Shown: in pieces, positions 39,837 through 54,764 of the stretch
Numbering within the stretch: position 1 is the stretch's first letter
Layout of the letters: each line of letters opens with the position of its first letter
Position numbers and translations under genes: made by a program
Notes under the pieces: generated by a model
The model's database searches: none
Told to the model about the DNA's origin: nothing
What the model saw: the letters and a program-made list of their open reading frames with translations, nothing else
Assembly (NCBI GenBank): GCA_031425935.1
Contig: JANPKH010000331.1
Span: 14,870 to 78,869 of the forward strand
Length of the DNA: 64,000 nt
Direction: 5' to 3'
Source: Gammaproteobacteria bacterium
GTDB lineage: Bacteria; Pseudomonadota; Gammaproteobacteria; Pseudomonadales; Cellvibrionaceae

Positions 39837-40310
39837 ATGATGTCCTTTGAGCTAGACCGGTACGATCGCCTGATACTTGAAACTTTGCAAAAGAACGGAC
39901 GTATTACCAATCAAGAACTTGCAGATGCAATCAGCTTATCTCCATCGCCATGTTTGCGGCGTGTACGTCAATTAGAAGAGTCTGGATTAATAGACGGCTA
40001 TGTTGCATTACTTAATGCACGAAAGTTAGGTTTAACCTTGATGGCCTTCATTCAAATTAGCATGGATAAGCATACGCCCGAGCGGTTCGAGCTATTTGAA
40101 AAAACGGTAAGCAGCTATCCAGAAGTACTTGAGTGCCACCTCATTACTGGGCAGTCCGCTGACTACTTATTAAAAGTTATAGTGAAAGACATGGATGGTT
40201 ACCAGCTCTTCCTGCTGCAAAAACTTACTCGTATAGAGGGCGTGAGCGGTGTGCATTCTTCGTTTGTATTGAAGTCACCAATTGATGGAACATCACTACC
40301 GTTGATCTAA
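39837..40310 (+). CDS. Lrp/AsnC-family transcriptional regulator
   Basis: LDRYDRLIL..LQKNGRITN.ELA..I.LSPSPCLRRVRQLE; ECHLITG; start reassigned to ATG 39837. Confidence 0.93.
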   Translation: MMSFELDRYDRLILETLQKNGRITNQELADAISLSPSPCLRRVRQLEESGLIDGYVALLNARKLGLTLMAFIQISMDKHTPERFELFEKTVSSYPEVLECHLITGQSADYLLKVIVKDMDGYQLFLLQKLTRIEGVSGVHSSFVLKSPIDGTSLPLI

Positions 40311-40462
40311 AATGGGGGGTTAATTCAAAAGTATTTTTACAGCGCTTTTTAAAGATTTTAATGAAATTATTCCATAGCCAAATGAGCCTCATCCAGACCT
40401 TTACGCTAGCGTTTGTTCATCATTATTCTGATAAATCGCTTCGCTGTATAAATAGCCTCTAC

Positions 40463-40487
40463 AAAAAAGGAGCCTAAGCTCCTTTTT
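40463..40487. terminator. Bidirectional Rho-independent terminator
   Basis: AAAAAGGAGC-CTAA-GCTCCTTTTT. Confidence 0.85.
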
Positions 40488-40496
40488 ATGTTTAAC

Positions 40497-40652
40497 TCAC
40501 TTCTTCTGCGCGCGTCTATCATCTTTTCGACGATTTTCAGAAGCCTTATTTGCGGCTTTCTCTTCCTCTGTACGCCTATCCGACCGTTGCCGCTCTTCAA
40601 GAACGTCTTCTAGTTGGCTCAAAATAACCGGTTGGATCTTCTTCTTTTCCAT
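40497..40652 (-). CDS. Small basic/acidic protein with two R..DRR motifs (51 aa)
   Basis: GAGGAG RBS 6 nt before ATG 40652; terminator right after the stop; ERQRSDRR and ENRRKDDRR. Confidence 0.7.
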   Translation of the reverse strand: MEKKKIQPVILSQLEDVLEERQRSDRRTEEEKAANKASENRRKDDRRAQKK

Positions 40653-40738
40653 CTCAAACTCCTCATATGCTCTCTTTAACACTCATTAGTAAGTCCGGTT
40701 CCTCCCGAACGCATTTTGAGTATAGATCACATTTCGAA

Positions 40739-44331
<3,593 letters not shown>

Positions 44332-44352
44332 ACCAACGACGTGTTGTGGGAA

Positions 44353-45456
44353 TTACAAGCGCATTGGCATAACAACATATAAAGAATCGCCATTATCCGG
44401 GTCCTCTAACAAGGCACTGGAATTAGAATCAGATAAAGTGATTTTAATATTTTCATGGTTTATCACGTTAGTCACATCTTGCAAATAGCTCACATTGAAA
44501 CCAACTTCTAAGCCGTCACCTGTATAATCAACAGCAACCTGCTCTTCTGCTTCTTCTTGTTCTGGATTGTTAGCTACTATCGTTAAAAGATGATCAGACA
44601 ACAAAAAACGTACTCCACGGTATTTTTCATTGGAAAGAATTGCGGTACGGGCAAACGCTTGCTTCAACTCCACGCGCGAACCAATAATAACCTTGTTGCC
44701 TCCGCGAGGTAGCACACGCTCATACTCCGGAAACTTCCCATCCACTAATTTAGAAGTAAATGTGTAATCCACTGAGGTCACACGAATGTTATTTGCACTC
44801 AATGTAATCTCAACCTGTACAGTAGAATCGTCCAAAAGACGTGACAATTCTAATACCCCTTTACGCGGTAATATTGCCTGAATAACATCTGAAGTATTAA
44901 CAGCAACTGCACGGGTACACATGGCCATACGGTGGCCATCTGTAGCAACCACTCGGAGTTGATCTTGGCGAACTTCCCACAACATGCCATTTAAATAATA
45001 GCGAACATCCTGCTGCGCCATCGCAAATGAGGTACGCTCAATTAAACGCTTAATCTCTTGTTGTGCACAACTAAAGCGTAAATTTCCTGGTGTGTCTTCA
45101 ACATTAGGGAAGTCTGCTGCTGGCAATGTCGAAAGAGTAAATCTACTACGCCCCGACTTTACGATTATGCGCTGATCTTCTTGAAAAAATTCAATATTCG
45201 AGCCTTCTTGTAGCGATCTACAGATATCCACTAGTTTGCGAGCAGGCACTGTGACTTCGCCGGATTCACCGGCTTTGGGTAATTGCACACGGCCAACAAT
45301 TTCAACCTCTAAATCAGTTCCAGTCAGAGACAATTGATCGCCGTTTAAAACAATAAGTACATTAGAAAGAACGGGAAGAGTTTGACGACGCTCGACTACA
45401 CCAGCGACCAATTGTAAGGGTTTAAGTAGCGCTTCACGCAATACGACAAATTTCAT
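44353..45456 (-). CDS. dnaN: DNA polymerase III beta clamp
   Basis: RRQTLPVLSN, QDVRYYLNG, ATDGHR, terminal VVMPMRL. Confidence 0.99.
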   Translation of the reverse strand: MKFVVLREALLKPLQLVAGVVERRQTLPVLSNVLIVLNGDQLSLTGTDLEVEIVGRVQLPKAGESGEVTVPARKLVDICRSLQEGSNIEFFQEDQRIIVKSGRSRFTLSTLPAADFPNVEDTPGNLRFSCAQQEIKRLIERTSFAMAQQDVRYYLNGMLWEVRQDQLRVVATDGHRMAMCTRAVAVNTSDVIQAILPRKGVLELSRLLDDSTVQVEITLSANNIRVTSVDYTFTSKLVDGKFPEYERVLPRGGNKVIIGSRVELKQAFARTAILSNEKYRGVRFLLSDHLLTIVANNPEQEEAEEQVAVDYTGDGLEVGFNVSYLQDVTNVINHENIKITLSDSNSSALLEDPDNGDSLYVVMPMRL

Positions 45457-45530
45457 GTGGTGGTCTCTTGAAAGTTCATCCGGAAATTATGGATAATTAT
45501 CTAAAATAAAAATACTTACACATCTGTAGC

Positions 45531-47030
45531 TTAAGTTGTCAGCGAACGCAGGAGATTTTTCATATCTTCACGGATGTCCGCAGTTTCTTCTTGTAATTGC
45601 TTAATCTTACGACAGGCGTGCAATACTGTTGTATGATCTCGCCCGCCAAATGCCTCACCAATTTCAGGCAAACTATGATTAGTTAACTCTTTCGCCAACG
45701 CCATAGCGACCTGTCGTGGACGAGCAACGGAGCGACTACGCCGCTTGGAAACCATATCATTCATTTTGATTTTGTAATACTCACTGACAACACGTTGAAT
45801 ATTATCAATGCCTACTTGCTTGTCTTGTAGTGCTAGCAAATCCTTTAGAGCCTCGCGAACCAGCTCTACATCAATAGGTCGGCCTGTAAAGTTTGCGCTA
45901 GCGATAACCCGCTTAAGCGCTCCCTCCAAATCACGTACATTAGCGCGAATACGTTGAGCGATGAAGAAAGCCGCCTCATTGGATAGATCAATGCCAACCT
46001 GATCGGCTTTCTTCATTAATATGGCAACACGAGTCTCCAATTCAGGTGGCTCAACCGCAACTGTTAAACCCCAACCAAAACGCGACTTTAAACGCTCCTC
46101 TAAGCCATTGATTTCTTTAGGAAAACGATCACACGTTAAAATAATTTGCCGGCCGCCTTCGAGGAGCGAGTTAAAAGTATGAAAGAATTCTTCTTGCGAA
46201 CGTTCTTTGCCCGCAAAGAATTGAATATCGTCAATTAATAAGGCGTCCATCGAGCGGTAATAGCGTTTGAAATCGTTGATAGCATTCAATTGTAATGCCT
46301 TCACCATATCCGCAACAAATCGTTCAGAATGTAAATAAACAACCTTAGCATTAGGATTTTTAGCAACTAAGGCATTACCAACAGCTTGCATCAGATGGGT
46401 CTTACCCAAACCAACGCCTCCATAAATAAACAATGGATTATAAGCACCGCCTGGGTTTTCAGATACTTGCCGCGCCGCCGCCAAACCTAACTGGTTAGAT
46501 TTTCCTTCCACAAAGGTAGCAAATGTAGAACCTGCATTTAAGTAATTGCTGTGTTTTAACGCACCCTCAACATTAGAACCATTATTTAATGATTCCTCCA
46601 AGGGGCGATATTTTTTCTGAGTGAAAGCTTCTTGTATTTTTGTACCTGGTTTTGACGTACTGGGAACAATATTATTAATCTGTTGGGCACCACCAATTAA
46701 TGTAGATCCATTTTTCATCGGGGGGCTTAAAGGTGACAAATTTAATGGTGCTGCCGATCCCATTCCTATTGTAGAGCTATTTTTAGCACCAACAGCAATC
46801 ACAACTGTAAGTTGGGGACCATCTTGAAAATTAACAACGAGTTCCTTAATCCGTGTTAAAAACTTTTCTTCCACCCAACTGCTAATAAAACGGTTAGGTG
46901 CTAATAAACGCAACTCATTTTGGCTCGCCGAATCATCAATCTGCAAAGGTTTAATCCACGTGTTAAATTGCTGAGATGGCAATTCATCTTGCAAACTCGA
47001 TGCACATAATTTCCAAACAGACTGTAACAA
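45531..47030 (-). CDS. dnaA: Chromosomal replication initiator DnaA
   Basis: [36 protein letters not shown]. Confidence 0.99.
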   Translation of the reverse strand: MLQSVWKLCASSLQDELPSQQFNTWIKPLQIDDSASQNELRLLAPNRFISSWVEEKFLTRIKELVVNFQDGPQLTVVIAVGAKNSSTIGMGSAAPLNLSPLSPPMKNGSTLIGGAQQINNIVPSTSKPGTKIQEAFTQKKYRPLEESLNNGSNVEGALKHSNYLNAGSTFATFVEGKSNQLGLAAARQVSENPGGAYNPLFIYGGVGLGKTHLMQAVGNALVAKNPNAKVVYLHSERFVADMVKALQLNAINDFKRYYRSMDALLIDDIQFFAGKERSQEEFFHTFNSLLEGGRQIILTCDRFPKEINGLEERLKSRFGWGLTVAVEPPELETRVAILMKKADQVGIDLSNEAAFFIAQRIRANVRDLEGALKRVIASANFTGRPIDVELVREALKDLLALQDKQVGIDNIQRVVSEYYKIKMNDMVSKRRSRSVARPRQVAMALAKELTNHSLPEIGEAFGGRDHTTVLHACRKIKQLQEETADIREDMKNLLRSLTT

Positions 47031-47099
47031 TAACTGGCTCCCGGATGTATAGCTAATAAGAAATTAGGCTGAAATAACAGGCTTTATATTGGCCCTATC

Positions 47100-47390
47100 A
47101 TCAACGTAAAATCCTCATAAGCTAAACTGTTTTTTGAGGAAGGTGAGTTTACTCTTATCCTTTCTAGTTATCCACAATAAACCCTGAATTTATAAAAGCC
47201 TTTGCAATTTTCTATCAATTAGTAATTAATTCAAATAGTTATAAAATAAAAAATCTAATTTTAAAACTTAATAAAAAATATTTTTGTGGATAACTCTGTT
47301 AATATCTTTTTGATAAGTTGCTTATAAATGGGTATATTTATTAAAAGAGCTTAATAAATATACCTGTTAGAAATATTTCATAAAAAGCAT
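47100..47390. other. dnaA-rpmH intergenic DnaA-box / AT-rich region
   Basis: TTATCCACA (47168-47176) and TGTGGATAA (47285-47293) flanking a very AT-rich stretch. Confidence 0.7.
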
Positions 47391-47419
47391 TTGCTTTAGA
47401 CGTATATTTTCTTTAAAAT
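47391..47419 (+). promoter_or_regulatory. sigma70 promoter for the rpmH operon
   Basis: TTGCTT-N17-TAAAAT followed by GC-rich CCCGCC. Confidence 0.65.
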
Positions 47420-47487
47420 CCCGCCTCTTTTCACACGCTGTGTGATTACTTAGTACCCGTATTGGCATAATTGACAGGTTTAGTTTC

Positions 47488-47622
47488 ATGAAAAGAACAT
47501 TCCAACCAAGTACTCTTAAACGCGCTCGCGTACACGGCTTTCGTGCTCGTATGGCAACCAAAAATGGTCGTTTAGTATTAGCTCGTCGTCGTGCTAAAGG
47601 CCGTAAAGAGTTAACTGTTTAA
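47488..47622 (+). CDS. rpmH: 50S ribosomal protein L34 (below ORF-track cutoff)
   Basis: Manual translation [44 protein letters not shown]. Confidence 0.98.
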   Translation: MKRTFQPSTLKRARVHGFRARMATKNGRLVLARRRAKGRKELTV

Positions 47623-47646
47623 TCCCCGTATTGATAGGTCACTAGA

Positions 47647-48087
47647 GTGAAGCAGGCTTTTAGCAGCCAGACGCACGACCAAGCTTTTACCAAGTCTTTG
47701 CGTCTTCTAAACTCTAGCGATTTTCAAACCGTCTTTGATGACGCACCGCTTCGCGCTTCACATCAAGTATTTCTCTTTCTAGCTCGTTTAAATAATTTAA
47801 GCAATCCACGCTTAGGCTTAGTCATTGCAAAAAAACATATCCGTCATGCAGTTGATAGAAATCGCATAAAGCGTCTAATCCGCGAAACTTTTCGCGTTAA
47901 ACAGCAACAGTTGGTGGGTATAGATGTTATCGTGCTCTCCCGCAAAGGTATGAATGATTTAGCCAATGCTGCATTAGTTGAACAGCTCGATTTGCAATGG
48001 CAACGTTTAATTCGTCGCGCACAAAAAATTGCAACTGATCATCAAGGTCTTAACTCATCGAAAGGCTCTGAACAATGTGCCGGATAA
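47647..48087 (+). CDS. rnpA: Ribonuclease P protein component
   Basis: RLGLVIAKK...AVDRNRIKRLIRETFR. Confidence 0.96.
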   Translation: MKQAFSSQTHDQAFTKSLRLLNSSDFQTVFDDAPLRASHQVFLFLARLNNLSNPRLGLVIAKKHIRHAVDRNRIKRLIRETFRVKQQQLVGIDVIVLSRKGMNDLANAALVEQLDLQWQRLIRRAQKIATDHQGLNSSKGSEQCAG

Positions 48088-48332
48088 CAGCCAGCCATCT
48101 GGCAATAAAGTCCATTCATGGCTATCGCATGATTTTAAGCCCTTGGATTGGCAACCAATGTCGCTTTTATCCGACGTGTTCATATTATGCAGAAGAAGCA
48201 ATCAATACATATGGATTAATAAAAGGGTGTTACTTAAGCCTATGCCGTCTCTTGAAATGTCATCCCTGGCATCAAGGCGGCCTTGATCCTGTTCCTAAAC
48301 CCCAACAACAACCTCAAGATGGCAGTCAATAA
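48075..48332 (+). CDS. yidD: Membrane protein insertion efficiency factor
   Basis: CRFYPTCSYYA, RLLKCHPWHQGGLDPVP. Confidence 0.93.
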   Translation: MCRITASHLAIKSIHGYRMILSPWIGNQCRFYPTCSYYAEEAINTYGLIKGCYLSLCRLLKCHPWHQGGLDPVPKPQQQPQDGSQ

Positions 48333-48333
48333 A

Positions 48334-49989
48334 ATGGATTGGCAACGAAATATTATTATAGCGGCCATATTAGCCGTGCTTTTTACCTTAGCGATTCGCT
48401 GGAATACTTTTCAAGAACAACATGCCGATATTCCGATTGTTGCTACAGCAACTCCTCCAATCGACACTGTCGCGAAAATTAGCGATATTCCAGATGCTAT
48501 TGCTCCCTCTGCAAGCGCCGAACAAAAACTACCTCCAGAAATAACTTCAACAGCGGCTATTAAAATAAAGACTGATAGCCTATGGGTTGAAATAGATCCA
48601 GTCGGTGGCGATATAGTAAAAGTTGCCTTACCACGACACGCCGCAAATATCAGTATCCCTGATGTACCTTTTGTCCTCATTGATAATAGCGCAAGTCACA
48701 CTTATGTGGCACAAAGCGGGTTAGTGGGTACTAACGGTACCGACACTGCGTTAGGTCGTCCTTTATATACAGTCGAAAAAAACGAATATCTTTTAAATGA
48801 TGGTCAAGAGACCTTAGTAGTAGATTTAACATTACAACAATATCAAGTTAATATCACAAAACGTTATACCTTTACGCGTGGGCAATATTTGATTGCCGTA
48901 GAATATTTAATTGACAACCAAAGTAGTAATAAATGGATTGGCAATTTTTACGCACAAATTAAACGTGATAATAAAGAATTTGCTAAAGCAAATGTCATGT
49001 CGATGAGCCCTTTCCTAGGAGCGGCTATCACCACTCCAGAGGAAAACTATAAAAAAATCACCTTTGAAGATCTTGACGATAAAAAAGAATTTAAGACTAC
49101 TGTTGAAGGAGGATGGGTATCTTTAGTCCAACATTACTTTATTAGTGCCTGGATTCCGGATAGCCAAGCGATTAATAACTATCACTTACGAAAACTGGGA
49201 GACAAAAACCTTTATTTATTTGGGTTCACCAGTAACGCTATAGAAATTGCCGCCAATAGCAAAGCCAGTATTAAAGCCAACTTTTATGCAGGGCCTAAAG
49301 ATACCGAAAGCCTCAAAAATATATCACCTCATTTAGATCTAACCGTCGACTATGGCTGGCTATGGATGGTGGGTGAACCTTTATTTTGGCTATTGAAATT
49401 TATTCATGGTTTTGTCGGTAATTGGGGGCTCGCCATTATTGGATTAACTATTGCCGTCAAACTCCTATTCTTTAAATTATCTGCCACCACTTATAAATCA
49501 ATGGCAAAAATGCGCAAGTTAACACCAAAAATGGCTGAGCTAAAAGAACGTTACGGTGATGATCGGCAAAAAATGTCACAAGAAACTATGAAGCTCTATC
49601 AAACTGAAAAAGTGAATCCGCTCGGTGGCTGTTTACCCATGCTAATTCAAATGCCGGTATTTTTAGCGCTTTATTGGGTATTAATGGAATCCGTAGAATT
49701 GCGTCACGCGCCTTTTGTTTTATGGATTACTGATCTATCAGTTCAAGATCCCTATTACGTATTACCCATTATTTATGGCATTACCATGTATTTTATGCAG
49801 AAGTTAAATCCTCAAGCGACGGATCCAATGCAAGCGCGTGTGATGCAAATGCTACCTATTGTATTTACCTTTATGTTTTTATGGTTCCCTGCAGGTTTAG
49901 TATTGTATTGGGTTACCAACAATACTTTGTCAATGTTGCAGCAATACATCATTACCAAAGAAATCGAAAAGGCTGATAGCAAATCCTAA
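48334..49989 (+). CDS. yidC: Membrane protein insertase YidC
   Basis: VDYGWLW, GNWGLAII, NPLGGCLP, GLVLYW; start reassigned to ATG 48334. Confidence 0.97.
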   Translation: MDWQRNIIIAAILAVLFTLAIRWNTFQEQHADIPIVATATPPIDTVAKISDIPDAIAPSASAEQKLPPEITSTAAIKIKTDSLWVEIDPVGGDIVKVALPRHAANISIPDVPFVLIDNSASHTYVAQSGLVGTNGTDTALGRPLYTVEKNEYLLNDGQETLVVDLTLQQYQVNITKRYTFTRGQYLIAVEYLIDNQSSNKWIGNFYAQIKRDNKEFAKANVMSMSPFLGAAITTPEENYKKITFEDLDDKKEFKTTVEGGWVSLVQHYFISAWIPDSQAINNYHLRKLGDKNLYLFGFTSNAIEIAANSKASIKANFYAGPKDTESLKNISPHLDLTVDYGWLWMVGEPLFWLLKFIHGFVGNWGLAIIGLTIAVKLLFFKLSATTYKSMAKMRKLTPKMAELKERYGDDRQKMSQETMKLYQTEKVNPLGGCLPMLIQMPVFLALYWVLMESVELRHAPFVLWITDLSVQDPYYVLPIIYGITMYFMQKLNPQATDPMQARVMQMLPIVFTFMFLWFPAGLVLYWVTNNTLSMLQQYIITKEIEKADSKS

Positions 49990-50010
49990 TCATTGAAAGC
50001 TAAATAAAGC

Positions 50011-51378
50011 ATGAATCCCAATACCGACACCATCGCTGCCATTGCCACCGCTACGGGTCGCGGTGGTGTCGGTATAGTACGAATCTCCGGTAATAAAGCC
50101 TTATATATTGCCGAAACCCTTCTTAAAATAAAACTACATCCTCGTTACGCCCACTATTGTCCCTTTCATAGCAAAGAGGGTGAAATTCTTGATCAAGGTA
50201 TAGCTCTATTTTTTCCAGGGCCAAACTCCTTTACTGGAGAAGATGTACTTGAACTTCAGGGCCACGGTGGGCCAGTCATCCTCGATTTACTTCTCCGTGA
50301 AATTACTCAATTAGGTGTGCGATTAGCTAAACCAGGAGAATTCTCTGAACGTGCTTTTCTAAACGATAAACTGGATTTAGCACAGGCTGAGGCCATTGCA
50401 GATTTGATAGATGCTACCAATGAACAAGCTGTACGTAATGCTTTGCATTCTCTTCAAGGTGACTTTTCTAAAAAAATTCACGAACTAGTAGAAGCATTAA
50501 TCCAACTTCGAATATATGTCGAAGCTTCAATTGATTTTCCTGAAGAAGAAATTGATTTTCTAAGTGATGGCAAAGTCGCAAATGACTTACATTTTATTGA
50601 AAAAAAATTAGACCACGTTTTTAAAGAGGCCCGCCAAGGTGTACTAGTCCGCGATGGCATGCATGTAGTCATTGCCGGACGCCCTAATGCAGGCAAATCA
50701 AGTCTATTAAATGCGTTGAGCGGCCGAAATTCCGCGATTGTTAGTAATATTGAAGGAACCACTCGCGATGTACTGCGAGAACATATTCATATAGACGGAA
50801 TGCCTCTGCATATTATCGATACTGCGGGATTACGCGATAACGCCGATGATATTGAAAAAATTGGAATCCAACGCGCCTGGCAAGAAATTCAACAAGCTGA
50901 TCGAGTTCTATTAATAGTAGATAGTCGCAATACAGATGAATTTGAAGCCGATAAAATATGGCCCGAATTTATTGCTCAGCTTCAGAATCCCGAAAAAGTT
51001 ACGCTTATTCGCAATAAAATTGATCTCAGCGGTGAAGCTCCTGGCGTTGGTAAACTAATTAATAACAATATTTATATTGGTATTAGCGCAGCCAACGGTG
51101 CTGGTATAGATGATCTTAAACAACATTTAAAAGAGATCATGGGTTTTAGCGAAACCGGCGAAGGGGGCTTTACAGCGCGACGTAGGCATTTATATGCTCT
51201 TGAACGTGCTCAGGCATTTCTAGCTTCAGGCAAAACACAACTTCATGGTTACGCGGCTGGCGAATTACTCGCTGAAGATCTGCGCTATTGCCAAAATTCG
51301 CTTAGCGAAATCACTGGTGAATTTACTCCAGATGATTTATTAGGACGGATTTTCAGTAGTTTCTGCATTGGAAAATAA
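50011..51378 (+). CDS. mnmE: tRNA modification GTPase MnmE/TrmE
   Basis: [22 protein letters not shown], terminal FCIGK. Confidence 0.98.
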   Translation: MNPNTDTIAAIATATGRGGVGIVRISGNKALYIAETLLKIKLHPRYAHYCPFHSKEGEILDQGIALFFPGPNSFTGEDVLELQGHGGPVILDLLLREITQLGVRLAKPGEFSERAFLNDKLDLAQAEAIADLIDATNEQAVRNALHSLQGDFSKKIHELVEALIQLRIYVEASIDFPEEEIDFLSDGKVANDLHFIEKKLDHVFKEARQGVLVRDGMHVVIAGRPNAGKSSLLNALSGRNSAIVSNIEGTTRDVLREHIHIDGMPLHIIDTAGLRDNADDIEKIGIQRAWQEIQQADRVLLIVDSRNTDEFEADKIWPEFIAQLQNPEKVTLIRNKIDLSGEAPGVGKLINNNIYIGISAANGAGIDDLKQHLKEIMGFSETGEGGFTARRRHLYALERAQAFLASGKTQLHGYAAGELLAEDLRYCQNSLSEITGEFTPDDLLGRIFSSFCIGK

Positions 51379-51960
51379 ATATTTCTGTAATATTGAATGA
51401 ATATATTAAGAAAAATTTCCCATTTACAAAATCTAAAACCCGCATTTAAAAATATATTCTTATTAATATAAAACTCTTTTTTGTAACAGAAACCAAAACA
51501 TTCCATTAACAGAAATGTTTATACCAACTTATTGTCATGTTTTTCCACACAGTTACACAGGTTATCCACAAAATAATGTAGATTTACGCGTTAAATATCT
51601 GTTTTAAAACTAATTTTTAATTTTAATATACCGCTTGTGAGCCTTTCTGTGAATTTACATCTCATAAACTGATTATAAATTTGGGGATAACTCTACTTTT
51701 CCCTACGTTTTGTATAAGTTAGCCTCTTATTACCAGCTTTTAGGCAGCTTACCATAGGCTTTTACGGACTAAATCCCTATGCTTATTATGAATATAACCT
51801 ATTGAATTTAAATAACTTTATTTACTTATCAACAGAAAACAGCATCACTATTAATAACAACAGTATTTATCCTTTTATATAATTAATTTATATATTAATT
51901 AATTCATTATTATTAAAATCGATAAAAGCAAATTACTGCTTGGAAAATAAGCTGATTAAA
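51379..51960. other. oriC-like region upstream of mnmG(gidA)
   Basis: TTTTCCACA (51541), TTATCCACA (51562), TGGGGATAA (51682), TTTGTATAA (51709), TTATCAACA (51826) and a nearly pure AT stretch at ~51873-51919. Confidence 0.8.
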
Positions 51961-51973
51961 CCCTGTTCAAGTT

Positions 51974-52002
51974 TTGTGCAAATCAACAACTAGCTTTATA
52001 CT
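51974..52002 (+). promoter_or_regulatory. sigma70 promoter for mnmG-rsmG-parAB
   Basis: TTGTGC-N17-TATACT; shows the ORF-track TTG start at 51974 is not the real start. Confidence 0.65.
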
Positions 52003-52090
52003 GCCTGCCCTTTTAACAAAAGGACTTTTTAACTACTGTAATTTTCCCAATAGAATTTGCAAGGCAGTTTTGCTGCGAGGTAGTCCTTAT

Positions 52091-54013
52091 ATGATTTTCC
52101 CGGAACGTTTTGATGTGATTGTGATCGGCGGAGGCCACGCTGGTACGGAAGCCGCGCTGGCAGCAGCTCGTATGGGCTGCAAAACTTTATTACTGAGTCA
52201 CAACGTGGAAACTCTGGGGCAAATGTCGTGTAATCCTGCTATCGGTGGTATTGGTAAAAGCCATTTGGTGAAAGAAATTGATGCGCTGGGTGGTGCTATG
52301 GCATTAGCCACTGACAAAGGTGGTATTCAGTTTCGTATTCTCAATGCCCGTAAAGGTCCCGCTGTACGTGCGACACGAGCACAAGCTGACCGTATTCTCT
52401 ACAAAGCAGCTATTCGAGCCATGTTAGAAAATCAACCTAATCTGTGGTTGTTCCAGCAGGCGGCTGATGATTTGATTGTAGAGCAAGATCAAGTACGCGG
52501 TGTAGTAACCCAAATGGGCCTAAAATTTTTAGCTAATCAGATAGTACTTACAGCGGGTACTTTCTTGGGAGGATTAATTCACATAGGTTTACAAAACCAC
52601 TCTGGTGGTCGTGCCGGAGATCCACCGTCAATTGCACTTTCAAAACGATTACGTGAACTACCACTGCGCGTAGATCGCTTAAAAACTGGCACACCACCAC
52701 GCATAGATGCGCGCACGGTTAATTTTGATGGATTAGAAAAACAATGGGGCGATGAGCCTCGCCCGGTAATGTCCGTGCGCGGAAATCGCGCTATGCAGCC
52801 AGAACAAATGTGCTGCTGGATTACACACACCAATGAAAAAACTCATGAAATAATTCGTGGTGGATTAGATCGCTCGCCCATGTATTCGGGGGTGATTGAG
52901 GGCATAGGACCGCGTTATTGTCCATCCATTGAAGATAAAATACATCGTTTCGCTGATAAAAATTCGCACCAGGTTTTTATTGAACCTGAAGGTTTAACAA
53001 CTCACGAACTCTATCCCAATGGTATATCTACAAGCTTGCCATTTGATGTACAAATAAATTTGGTTCGTTCGATTAAAGGTTTTGAAAACGCACATATCGT
53101 TCGCCCGGGTTATGCGATTGAATATGATTTTTTTAATCCACAGGATTTAAAACATAGTCTTGAAACAAAAGTAATTGGTGGTTTATTTTTTGCCGGGCAA
53201 ATTAACGGCACTACCGGTTATGAAGAAGCCGGAGCACAAGGTTTACTGGCGGGAATTAACGCTGCGCTGCGCGCGCAAGAAAAAGAATCATGGTGCCCTT
53301 CGCGCGATCAAGCTTATGCCGGCGTATTGGTGGACGATTTAATTACGCTTGGCACTAAAGAACCCTATCGCATGTTTACTAGTCGAGCTGAATATCGTTT
53401 ATTGCTACGAGAAGATAATGCAGATTTACGATTGACTGAAAAAGGTCGTGAACTAGGTGTTGTCGGTGACGCGCAATGGCAAGCGTTTTGTGAAAAGCGT
53501 GAAAGCATTACACTTGAACAGCAGCGTTTAAAATCAACCTGGATTCAAGCGGGCTCTGTTGAAGCAGAAAAAATCGAAGCAAAAATTCAAACCAAGTTAA
53601 CTCATGAATACAGTTTGTTTGAATTATTAAAGCGTCCGGAGTTATGTTACGCCGATATAGCCGCGGTAAAAGGTGAAGCAGTCAGTGATGAATTTGTTGC
53701 TGAGCAAATCGAAATCGCTGCAAAATATTCTGGTTACATTGAACGTCAACAGGAAGATATTGATCGTTTGCGCGCATATGAAAACACCTTAATACCTGAT
53801 GACTTTGATTTCACAAAAGTTGAAGGCCTTTCTAACGAAGTCAAACAAAAACTAGCTGCGCAGCGCCCACTAACATTGGCACATGCACAACGAGTTTCAG
53901 GAATAACACCGGCAGCTATTTCGCAATTGTTAGTCTACTTAAAAAAGCACGGTATGATGAAGCGTTTGAAAAATGAAGATTTAGACCAACACGAAGCACA
54001 ACGAGCATCGTAA
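52091..54013 (+). CDS. mnmG: tRNA uridine 5-carboxymethylaminomethyl modification enzyme MnmG/GidA
   Basis: [45 protein letters not shown]; GAGG RBS before ATG 52091. Confidence 0.98.
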   Translation: MIFPERFDVIVIGGGHAGTEAALAAARMGCKTLLLSHNVETLGQMSCNPAIGGIGKSHLVKEIDALGGAMALATDKGGIQFRILNARKGPAVRATRAQADRILYKAAIRAMLENQPNLWLFQQAADDLIVEQDQVRGVVTQMGLKFLANQIVLTAGTFLGGLIHIGLQNHSGGRAGDPPSIALSKRLRELPLRVDRLKTGTPPRIDARTVNFDGLEKQWGDEPRPVMSVRGNRAMQPEQMCCWITHTNEKTHEIIRGGLDRSPMYSGVIEGIGPRYCPSIEDKIHRFADKNSHQVFIEPEGLTTHELYPNGISTSLPFDVQINLVRSIKGFENAHIVRPGYAIEYDFFNPQDLKHSLETKVIGGLFFAGQINGTTGYEEAGAQGLLAGINAALRAQEKESWCPSRDQAYAGVLVDDLITLGTKEPYRMFTSRAEYRLLLREDNADLRLTEKGRELGVVGDAQWQAFCEKRESITLEQQRLKSTWIQAGSVEAEKIEAKIQTKLTHEYSLFELLKRPELCYADIAAVKGEAVSDEFVAEQIEIAAKYSGYIERQQEDIDRLRAYENTLIPDDFDFTKVEGLSNEVKQKLAAQRPLTLAHAQRVSGITPAAISQLLVYLKKHGMMKRLKNEDLDQHEAQRAS

Positions 54014-54046
54014 TTTTTGACATAAATTTCATATAGAGTTTATTGC

Positions 54047-54727
54047 GTGACTGAGTTAGAAAAAGATTTACGCCAGTTGTTATTAAAAGGTGCTGAATAT
54101 ATGTCAGTAACTTTAGATGAATCGCAAATCGAAAATTTATTGATTTATATTATTGAATTTGAAAAGTGGAACAAAGCCTACAATTTGTCCGCCATTCGCG
54201 ATCTTCGCCAGATGGTTAAGCGGCATCTGTTGGATAGCTTGAGTGTGGTCCCTTATCTCAAAAAAACAAAACATTGCACTGACCGTATAATTGATGTGGG
54301 AACAGGAGGTGGTTTACCAGGAATCCCTCTAGCTATTATGTTCCCGAAAAAACAATTTACTTTGCTTGATAGTAATGGAAAAAAAACGCGTTTTCTCTTT
54401 CACATAAAAACATTGTTACAATTAAATAATGTGGCTATCGAAAATAATCGCGTTGAAAATTTTAATCCTGTACCAAAGTGTGATGCGGTTATTAGTCGCG
54501 CTTTCTCAAGCTTACAAGACATGACAGAAAATTGCGGACATCTCTTGGTAGAAAATGGTGTATTTATGGCGATGAAGGGTTTATTTCCAGCCGATGAAAT
54601 TCAAGCTGTTGTTAGTAAAGTAGAAGTACTAGAAAGTATTAAATTAAATGTTGCTGAAACAGATGGCGAACGCCATTTACTAATTTTGCAAACGCCCCTA
54701 GTTAATTTGCAATTAAATAATAAATAA
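54047..54727 (+). CDS. rsmG: 16S rRNA m7G527 methyltransferase RsmG/GidB
   Basis: WNKAYNLSA, HLLDS, DVGTGGGLPG, SRAF. Confidence 0.97.
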   Translation: MTELEKDLRQLLLKGAEYMSVTLDESQIENLLIYIIEFEKWNKAYNLSAIRDLRQMVKRHLLDSLSVVPYLKKTKHCTDRIIDVGTGGGLPGIPLAIMFPKKQFTLLDSNGKKTRFLFHIKTLLQLNNVAIENNRVENFNPVPKCDAVISRAFSSLQDMTENCGHLLVENGVFMAMKGLFPADEIQAVVSKVEVLESIKLNVAETDGERHLLILQTPLVNLQLNNK

Positions 54728-54764
54728 AATTTATTAAATCACGTTGTGGTTTAAGGATATTCAT

